Source of the DNA: Planctomycetota bacterium
GTDB lineage: Bacteria > Planctomycetota > Brocadiia > SM23-32
NCBI GenBank assembly: GCA_030628375.1
Contig: DAOVRD010000002.1
Span: forward strand, 1 to 36,854
Direction: 5' to 3'
DNA length: 36,854 nucleotides
This document shows positions 1 to 7,500 of the stretch, in pieces (position 1 is the stretch's first letter; each line of letters starts with the position of its first letter). The notes below the pieces were generated by a model, which had not been told where the DNA came from, ran no database searches, and saw nothing but the letters and a program-made list of their open reading frames with translations. A program made the translations under genes and the position numbers.

Positions 1-759
1 CCGCCGCTCACCGCCGGGCTCACCGGCAGGGTCGAAGAGGAACTGGCTGACGTAGAACGCCTTCGCTTTCTGGGCGATCCTGCCGTAGTCCTTACCGCCG
101 GCTGCGCTCAGGTCGCTGGTCGCGATGTGTTCCGCATCTTCGGGCGCCTCGGACGGGCGGACGACGTAGTAGAGGGAGAGCCTGCATCCACGTTGCCGGT
201 TGCAGTCCTTCACGGCGGCGATTACGGGCCGAGTGGCGGCGATGTGCTCCTCGTGGTTGGTCACCCCCTTCTCCGGATCGAGGGCGATGACGAAGGTGGC
301 GTTCTTCTCTTGGAAGAGTTCGGCCAGCTTGACGGCCGGGTCGCCGTCCTGTTCAGTCCACCGCTCGTAGGCCGCCTCGGCCGTCTCTGAGCGGCCGCCT
401 GGCGCCCGCCAGCGCCGGTGGGCCTCCTCCTCAAGGTCCAGCACAGCCAGGCCCTGCGGATGGGCCCGCGACGTGCCGTTCACGTAATCGAAGGTCACGG
501 GCATGCCGCCGAGCATGCGGACGGCCGAGCCGAACTCCTTCCTGCGCACCTGGGCCAGCGTCTGCGTCAGGTCCTCCTTGCCCAGGTTCCATCCCGATTC
601 CCCCTTGGTCAGGGACACAACCACCAACTCTCGGCAGCGGTCGGCGCAGTAGGCCAGCAGCGGGCCGACCAGCGTCTCGTCGTCCGGGTGCGCACCCACG
701 AACACCACCACGTCCTTCTCCTGAAGGCGCTCGACGAACGAATCCCGCCTCATGTTCAT
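1..759 (-). CDS. PIG-L/LmbE family deacetylase; N-terminus in window, C-terminus runs off the left edge
   Basis: Absent from the ORF track because there is no in-window stop. My translation of the minus strand gives MNMRRDSFVERLQEKDVVVFVGAHPDDETLVGPLLAYCADRCRELVVVSLTKGESG..., open for 253 codons down to position 1. AHPDDE is the PIG-L/LmbE metal-site motif. GGGGAGAG abuts the ATG at 759, so the second ATG at 753 may be the true start. Confidence 0.8.
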   Translation of the reverse strand, partial: MNMRRDSFVERLQEKDVVVFVGAHPDDETLVGPLLAYCADRCRELVVVSLTKGESGWNLGKEDLTQTLAQVRRKEFGSAVRMLGGMPVTFDYVNGTSRAHPQGLAVLDLEEEAHRRWRAPGGRSETAEAAYERWTEQDGDPAVKLAELFQEKNATFVIALDPEKGVTNHEEHIAATRPVIAAVKDCNRQRGCRLSLYYVVRPSEAPEDAEHIATSDLSAAGGKDYGRIAQKAKAFYVSQFLFDPAGEPGGERR

Positions 760-1042
760 CTCTCCCCTTGTGCAGCCACAGCAGATGACAACCAGCGCGA
801 TGCCGAGGAATCCCAGGCGCCCGCAGCGATTCTACCCCTTCTCCCATGCTCCAGTCCAAGAACAGTATCAGCCCCACCAGGGTCATTCAATTGCCCCGTA
901 TCGCATCAGATGGATGACCCTGTGGCGGTGGGCGGCAATACAAGCACTCTAACACGATGCACAGGATGAGCAGGACCTGCCAGCCGGCCGGCAGGCTGGT
1001 GCGCACGACAAACTGGGCCCCTCCTCAGCTCGCCGCCTGCCC

Positions 1043-1175
1043 GGGAAAAACAGGGACTGGCATGTCGTTCTATGCCTGTCCCGTTTTTCGCTGCGATGCC
1101 GGAAAATGGGTTTTTCGCCGTAACGCTGGAAAATGGGATACAGGCACCCTCCGGGATGCCAGTCCCCATTTTCCC
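1043..1175. repeat. Hairpin repeat family A, locus 1: two A-tract/stem/T-tract hairpins
   Basis: GGGAAAAACAGGGACTGGCATG..TATGCCTGTCCCGTTTTTCG (1043-1089) and GGAAAATGGGATACAGGCACC..GATGCCAGTCCCCATTTTCC (1128-1175). The same unit (GAAAAnGGGGACWGGCA / TGCCWGTCCCCnTTTTC) recurs at 10715-10776 and 15171-15286. Confidence 0.75.
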
Positions 1176-1378
1176 CGGCCCAAAACATCCCACAACCTCT
1201 TGCCCTGCGCCTCACCCATCGTCCGATAGCCCCTTGCTTGAGTAGCCTCTGCAAGGAGTTATCGGAAGAATCCACCCGCATTTGAATGGGCCTGGTCAGC
1301 CCCCGGCGTCGGCCCGGCCGGCCTGAAGCAGATGCGGCGCTCCACCCCCCGCGTCGGCCGGGATTCAGCAGAGGAAAG

Positions 1379-1407
1379 TTGACGCCGTCGCCTGTGTACC
1401 ATACATT
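1379..1407 (+). promoter_or_regulatory. Candidate sigma70-type promoter of the 1438-9140 operon
   Basis: TTGACG (1379-1384), 17-nt spacer, TACATT (1402-1407), about 30 nt upstream of the ATG at 1438. Sequence match only. Confidence 0.35.
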
Positions 1408-1437
1408 CACGGCAACGAGGAAGCGAGACGAGAGAAT

Positions 1438-2673
1438 ATGCCCGGCAAACGGCTTCTACTGCTTGTGCTTTGTGCGATGCCCATGCTGGGGGTCACAGGA
1501 CCTGCGGCCGTCGTCGCATGTCCCTATTCCTTCCGGCAGGCGGGCTTCGCGGAACTCGATCCGCGCCCGTACTCCGCCTGCTTCGTCCTCAGGGAAACAA
1601 CGGCCGGCAGGGAGAGCCTGTCCCAGTGGATAAGGGAAGCCTCGCTGGAAGTCCTCCTGGGCTCGAACGTGGTGGCGACGACGGTAGACATGGATCAGGA
1701 GCCCTCGCACAGGGCAGCGGACCTCTGCAAGTCCCTGGGAATCGCCACCTTCCCCGCCGTGCTGCTGTTCTCGCCGGATGGAAGGAGCATGGTGGCCGCC
1801 GAAGCGCCCCAGGACGGGGCTTCCAGGGACTGGGTGACATCGCAATTGGAGAAGATGGTCCGTTCGCCCCTTCGCGAGGAGATCGTCCGCAATATCGTGC
1901 GCAACTGGTGCGTCGTCCTCCTTATGGAGGGGGAAGACGCCGAGCAGAACCGCCGGGCCAGGGCCGCGATCGAGTCGGCCGTGCGTCGGATTACGGGCTC
2001 AATAACCGAGACCGGTCTCACGGTTCAAGATGGGCCGTATCTTGTGCTCCCTTCCCCGGGCGCCGCGCAGGAGAGGGTTCTGCTCTGGAGTCTCGGTCTG
2101 GAAGGCGAGGAGGCGGGGCCGGCCGTCGTTGTCCTGTTCGGCAGGGGGCGACAGCTTGGACCCGTATTCAAAGGCCCGTTGATGACGGCCGATGCGTTGC
2201 ATGAGGCCTTCTACCTGCTGGGCAGACGGTGCGTCTGCACGGTGGACAGGCGTTGGCTGTCGGGACGCTCGATCCCGCTGAAGTATCCGGCCTGGTTTGA
2301 GGACGAGGTCCTGCGAAGGGCGCAGATAGACGTATCCAGTCCCGAAGTCAAGCTTCAGATCGCTCCCGGGATGCGATGGCTGTCCGCATACCCGGGCCCG
2401 GCGGGTGACGGCAACGGCTCTGCGCTGCTGGGGACGGGCGCGATGGTCACCGGGCCGCTCGGCTACACTGAGATCGCGCTGGCGCCGCATAACGGCGGGC
2501 CCGGGGCCACCTCGTCGGTTCCCCAGGTAGCGTTGCGCCCCCCTCAACCGATCGAATCCACTCTCTCCTTCGTTGCCCAGATAAGGCGAGTGGTGTTTTT
2601 CCTCGTCACGGCCCTGGTGCTCGTAGCGGTCCTCGGCAGCGTGGCAGTCATGCTGAAGAGAAGGAACGCATGA
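1438..2673 (+). CDS. Exported/bitopic hypothetical protein with N-terminal thioredoxin-fold-like region (CPYS motif) and C-terminal TM anchor
   Basis: 411 aa. N-terminal hydrophobic signal MPGKRLLLLVLCAMPMLGV..AAVVA followed by C-P-Y-S (nt 1519-1530). TFPAVLLFSPDG resembles the cis-Pro/beta3 segment of Trx/Grx folds. C-terminal helix VVFFLVTALVLVAVLGSVAVML followed by KRR. Stop lies 1 nt before the next start. Confidence 0.7.
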   Translation: MPGKRLLLLVLCAMPMLGVTGPAAVVACPYSFRQAGFAELDPRPYSACFVLRETTAGRESLSQWIREASLEVLLGSNVVATTVDMDQEPSHRAADLCKSLGIATFPAVLLFSPDGRSMVAAEAPQDGASRDWVTSQLEKMVRSPLREEIVRNIVRNWCVVLLMEGEDAEQNRRARAAIESAVRRITGSITETGLTVQDGPYLVLPSPGAAQERVLLWSLGLEGEEAGPAVVVLFGRGRQLGPVFKGPLMTADALHEAFYLLGRRCVCTVDRRWLSGRSIPLKYPAWFEDEVLRRAQIDVSSPEVKLQIAPGMRWLSAYPGPAGDGNGSALLGTGAMVTGPLGYTEIALAPHNGGPGATSSVPQVALRPPQPIESTLSFVAQIRRVVFFLVTALVLVAVLGSVAVMLKRRNA

Positions 2674-2674
2674 G

Positions 2675-3820
2675 ATGAGCGCACTGCCGTTGATCTTGCA
2701 GGAGATCTGGCACAGGAAGCTGGACTTCCTGCTGGGCCTGCTGGCCGTCACGATAACCGTAGCCCTCTTCGTAGCCCTCCTCACCATGAGCGGCGCCTCC
2801 GACAGGGAAACCAAGCGTCTGATGCGCGACATGGGGTTCAACCTCTTGATCGTCCCGAAGGACACTGACATGGAGGACTTCTGGGCGAGGGACTTCGCCC
2901 AGGAAGAGATGCCCGAGGACTACGTCCACCGCCTGGCCGGCTCCGGCGATATCCACGCCGACCACTACGTGGCGATCCTCCAGAAGAAGATCGAGTGGCG
3001 TGGGCGACAGATTCTGCTCACGGGTTGGCTGCCGGAGGTGCCATCGGCAAGGAGAACGCGTGAGAAATCCTTCATGGGGCTGGGCGTCCCTCCGGGCAGG
3101 GCCTGCGTGGGATACGAGCTGGCCCGGGGCCTGAACATCCAGCGCGGAGATGAGATCGAGTTGCACGGCAAGTCGCTGCTGGTGGACGCCGTCCTTGCCG
3201 AGGCAGGCAGCAAGGACGACATCCGCCTGTACACCCACCTGCACGACGCGCAGGAGATCCTCAACAAGCCCGGGAAGATCAACATGATCAGGGCACTGGG
3301 ATGCCTCTGCGGCCAGGGCGGACGGCTTTGGAGCATCAGGCCGCAGATCGCGGAGGTCCTTCCTGACACCAGAGTCACGGAATTCCGCTCGATCGCCGTC
3401 GCCCGGGCGGAAACGCGGAGGATGGTGGAGCGACAGGCCGTCCTCATCCTCTCGACGGTCGCCATAGCCTGCGTGATATGGGTCGCGGTGCTCTCCCTCC
3501 TGAACGTCTGGGAACGGCGTCAGGAGATCGGAATTCTCAGGGCGCTGGGTGCAGGCTCGGGAAAGATCGCCGTCCTGTTCCTGGGAAGGGCCGTGTCCGT
3601 CGGGCTGGGCGGAGCGGTCCTCGGCTTCATAATCGGGACCGGTCTTGCGCTGCACTTCGGCCCCACGATCTTCAAGGTGACGGCAGCCGCCATCAAACCC
3701 GTTTACGCGTTGATGGCCCAGTCGCTGGTGGCGGCGCCGCTGGTGGCCCTGCTTGCAAGCCTCTTGCCGACGGTGGTTGCGGTGACCCAGGACCCCGCCG
3801 TCACGATTATGGAAGAATAG
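2675..3820 (+). CDS. ABC transporter permease, FtsX/MacB-type (1 TM + periplasmic domain + 3 TM)
   Basis: 381 aa. N-terminal TM LDFLLGLLAVTITVALFVALLTM, a roughly 220-aa soluble insert, then the FtsX-domain signature WERRQEIGILRALGAGSGKIAVLFLGRAVSVGLGGAVLGFIIG and a terminal TM. Confidence 0.9.
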   Translation: MSALPLILQEIWHRKLDFLLGLLAVTITVALFVALLTMSGASDRETKRLMRDMGFNLLIVPKDTDMEDFWARDFAQEEMPEDYVHRLAGSGDIHADHYVAILQKKIEWRGRQILLTGWLPEVPSARRTREKSFMGLGVPPGRACVGYELARGLNIQRGDEIELHGKSLLVDAVLAEAGSKDDIRLYTHLHDAQEILNKPGKINMIRALGCLCGQGGRLWSIRPQIAEVLPDTRVTEFRSIAVARAETRRMVERQAVLILSTVAIACVIWVAVLSLLNVWERRQEIGILRALGAGSGKIAVLFLGRAVSVGLGGAVLGFIIGTGLALHFGPTIFKVTAAAIKPVYALMAQSLVAAPLVALLASLLPTVVAVTQDPAVTIMEE

Positions 3821-3821
3821 A

Positions 3822-4478
3822 ATGGTCCGCCTGGCGCACGTTACGAAGGTCTACCGACGTGGGAAGGAGGAGGTCCACGCCCTCAAGTGCGCGGACCTGG
3901 CGATTCGGCAAGGGGAGTTTGTGACGGTGGTGGGGCCCAGCGGAAGCGGGAAGTCCACGCTCCTGCTGACCATCGGCGGCATGCTCCACCCGACACAGGG
4001 CACGGTAGAGGTCGGCGGGACCGACGTCTACGCCCTGAGCGGACGGGCGAGGGCGAAGTTCCGTGCCGAGAGAATCGGCTTTGTCTTTCAGATGTTCCAT
4101 CTCCTGCCCTATCTCACCGTGCTGGGGAATGTGCTCCTTCCCGGCCTCATCGCGGCAAGGAAGAGCCAGCGGCAGGAGGCGCTCTCCCTGCTTGAGCACT
4201 TCGGGCTCGGCGACCGGACCCGCCACAAACCGTCCGAACTCAGCACGGGGCAGCGTCAGCGCGCAGCCATGGTTCGTGCCCTGATGAGTCATCCCGCACT
4301 GCTCCTGGCGGACGAACCCACGGGGAACCTGGACCCAGAGAACGCACGTGTTATCATGGATTATTTCGGCGAATTCCATCAGAATGGCGGGACCATCGTG
4401 CTGGTCTCCCATGAACGCCTGGCGGGGGAGTACGCGGATCGCGTAGCCACCATTGAAGACGGCCGGGTCCGAGAGTGA
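3822..4478 (+). CDS. ABC transporter ATP-binding protein (MacB/LolD/FtsE-like)
   Basis: 218 aa. Walker A GPSGSGKST, signature LSTGQRQR, Walker B LLLADEPTGNLD, H-loop VSHE. Confidence 0.95.
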   Translation: MVRLAHVTKVYRRGKEEVHALKCADLAIRQGEFVTVVGPSGSGKSTLLLTIGGMLHPTQGTVEVGGTDVYALSGRARAKFRAERIGFVFQMFHLLPYLTVLGNVLLPGLIAARKSQRQEALSLLEHFGLGDRTRHKPSELSTGQRQRAAMVRALMSHPALLLADEPTGNLDPENARVIMDYFGEFHQNGGTIVLVSHERLAGEYADRVATIEDGRVRE

Positions 4479-4502
4479 CGCGGCCCAAAGGAGGCCGACA
4501 AT

Positions 4503-7500
4503 ATGTTCAACCCACGACCGACAACTTGCGGTCAACAGCGCTGGCGTCTCGGAGCGGCTGCTCCCTGGCTGGTAGTGGCGATCGCCCTTTCCTGCGTCGG
4601 CGCAGCGCGAGCGGAAGACTGGCCGACACACATGCACGACGTCGCCCGCAGTGGAACGACTTCCGAGCGGCTGGCCCTGCCCTTGTCGCCGCACTGGGTC
4701 TTCACTTCCAAACATGCTCCCGAGCCCGCCTGGCCGCCGCCCAAGTCCGTGGAGATCGAGTATGTCCGCGAAGTGCACAAGGTGGACTTCGATGAAGCAT
4801 ACCAGGCGGTTGTGGCCGGTGGCGCCCTCTACTTCGGTTCGTCTGCAGACAATAAGGTCTACTGCCTTGACGCCTCGACCGGAGAGGTGCGCTGGTCTTT
4901 CTTCACCGGCGCCCCCGTGCGGCTGGCGCCGACCGTGTGGAACGGCAAGGTGCTGGTGGGCTCCGACGACGGATTCGCTTACTGCCTGAGCGCGGACACC
5001 GGGAAGCTGCTGTGGAAGTTCAGGGCCGCTCCCCACGACGACGAGCTGCTCGGCAACGGGAAGATGATGTCGCTGTGGCCCGTTCGAACCGGGATTCTGG
5101 TGGACAAGGGGATCGCCTACTTCGCCGCCGGGCTGTTCCCCGGAGAGGACGTGTACCTTTACGCCGTGCGAGCGGAGGACGGCGAGCTGGTCTGGAAGAA
5201 TGACGCCTCGGCCCAGGCGACGTCGGGCTGGCGGTCCTTCTCGCCCCAGGGTTACTTGCTCGCCAGTGCGACAACGCTTTTCGTCCCGTGTGGAAAGGTA
5301 CTCCCTGCGGCCTTCGACAGAAGCAACGGCCGAATGCTCTACCAGCGAGAGAGCGTGCTGTGGTGGCATTCGGCCGAGGGCGGAACTTATGCCCTGCTCG
5401 CCGACGACCATCTGTACGGCGGCGGGCAGGAAGTCGTGGCCTACGACCAGAAGACGGGGGGCGTCGGGTTCGCCTGGTTCCCGGGGCGGCGGCTCATCAC
5501 GAAAGGCGACTTCGCCTATCTGCTTACGGACAACGCATTGTTCGCTCTGGACCGAAAGACCAGCGCCCAGGCAAGCTGGAAGCGCGGCCAGTTCAACGCG
5601 CAGATGAGGAGCCGGCTTGACTACGAGAAGGCCGAACTCCAGAGGAGCCTCAAGTCCCTGAACGTGCAGATAGACGCAGCTCGCAAGGAACTGGAAGAGC
5701 TGGAGAAGCAATCCAAGGAACTGAAGTCGCCCCAGGCCGCAGAGGCCATCGAGCTCAGGAGAACCAGGGACGCGGTGAGCCAGAAGATCGAGTCGCTGTC
5801 CAGCCAGCCCGATGCTGTAACTCAGCGACTGGCAGAGATAGAAGAACAGTTCAACAACCATGAGAAGCTGGAGGAAGCCTATCGCAAGACCGTCATCTGG
5901 CAGACGCCGTGCGAGAGGCCCGAATCAATGATCCTTGCCGGAGAAGTCCTGTTCGCCGGCGCCCAGGACGAAGCGCTGGCATTCGATGCAGCCACCGGCA
6001 AGGAACTCTGGCGAGGAAAAGTGGACGGCAAGGCCAAAGGATTGGCTGTCTCGGGCGGACGTCTGTTCGTGAGCACGGACAAGGGCGCCATACATTGCTT
6101 CGGAGACGGCAAGCGGGCCGCTCCCGTGCTGGTTGCCGATCCCCTCGAACCCGACCCCTATCCCGAAGACAAGCTCACGCCCATCTACAAGGCCGCGGTG
6201 GAGCGCATCATAAAGGAGACGGGCGTCACGAAGGGCTACTGCCTCGTCCTGGGCTCCGGGCAAGGAAGGCTCGCCTTCGAGATCGCCAGGGCAACGGACC
6301 TGGTCATCTACGGGATAGACGAGGACGCGAAGGACGTCCGCAAAGCAAGAGAAGCACTCGATGCGGCCGGGCTCTACGGGACCCGCGTGACCGTCCAAAA
6401 GGGGTCACTGTCCGATCTGCCCTACGCGGACTACTTCGCCAACCTCATCGTATCCGACGAGATGCTCATTTCGGGCCGCCGGCCGGGTTCGGCCGACGAG
6501 ATGTTCCGTGTCCTGAAGCCCTGCGGCGGAGTGGCCTACATAGGTCAGCCGAAGGAGACAATGAAGCTGTGGCGACGGCTCAATGCGAAGAAGCTCCGAC
6601 AGTGGCTGAAGGAAGCGGAGGTCGCCGACGCCCAGCTTACCGAAGGCGACGGCGTATGGGCGAAGATCGAACGGGGACCGCTTCCCGGGGCCGGCAAGTG
6701 GACCCACCAGTACGCCAACCCGGCGAACACCACCTGCTCCGACGACGAACTGGTCCGGCTCCCCCTGGGGGTGTTGTGGTTCGGCCGCCCGGGCCCCGCC
6801 AAGATGGTGCAGCGGCACTACGCCGTAGCCGCCCCTCTGTCCGTCAACGGTCGGATGTTCATCCAGGGCGAGAACGTCGTGATGGCTTACGATGCCTACA
6901 ACGGCGTGCAGCTCTGGGAGCGGGAGATCGAGGGCGCGATGCGCGAAAACATGCGCGGCGACTGTAGCAACCTGGCGGCCGACGAAGACAGCCTGTTCGT
7001 GGCCGTGGCGGACAAATGCCTCCGTCTGGACGCGGCAACCGGTGAGACCCGGCAAACCTACAGCCTGCCCCCGTTCCCGGACGCGGCGCCGCAGTCGTGG
7101 GGTTACGTCGCCGTCGTGGGCGACGTGCTCTTCGGCAGCACGACCCAGGAAGGCAGCACCTGCGACCTCGTCTTTGCCCTCGACGTGGACAGCGGCAGAC
7201 TTCGATGGGACCACCGGGGCAAGACGATATCCCACAACACCATCGCCATCGGTGACGGCCGCGTGTTCCTTGCCGAAAGCGACGTGACCGCCGAGCAGCG
7301 GCAGGAAGCGCTGAAGCAGAAGCTCGTCCGGCTGCCAGCCCCCGAGGAACCGGAAGCGGCCGAAGCGCAAGAGGAACTCGACAGCGCCGACGTGCGACTG
7401 GTCTGCGCCCTGGACGCCGATTCGGGCAGCGTAGTCTGGCAGACGCCCGTGGACCTGACCGACTGCGGTGACTGGCTCCTCCATGCCATCTACCAGAACG

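Noticed and set aside
760-830. Lipoprotein-signal-like peptide (RLGFLGIALVVICCGC) encoded in frame immediately upstream of the PIG-L start
   Set aside because: The in-frame extension is bounded by a TAG and contains no ATG/GTG/TTG start. The AHPDDE motif position fits the short cytoplasmic form, so it is probably coincidental.
418-969. Track ORFs 418..969 (+), 431..886 (-) and 127..390 (+) at the left edge
   Set aside because: All are out of frame with the minus-strand PIG-L deacetylase reading frame (AHPDDE motif), which is open to position 1 and was omitted from the track only because it lacks a stop.
2648-3655. 335-aa minus-strand ORF, and the cluster of 60-290-aa ORFs inside 1438-3820 and 10947-14069 on the opposite strands
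   Set aside because: Antisense or alternative frames of genes with clear FtsX, TM, SpeE-like and TPR signatures. Compositionally biased.
3807-5861. 684-aa minus-strand ORF (and 6405..8225, 606 aa) overlapping the ABC ATPase and giant exoprotein genes
   Set aside because: Arg/Pro/Gly/Ala-rich low-complexity translation with no recognisable motifs. It is antisense to ORFs that have clear Walker, PQQ and malectin motifs. This is a typical stop-codon-poor shadow frame in high-GC DNA.
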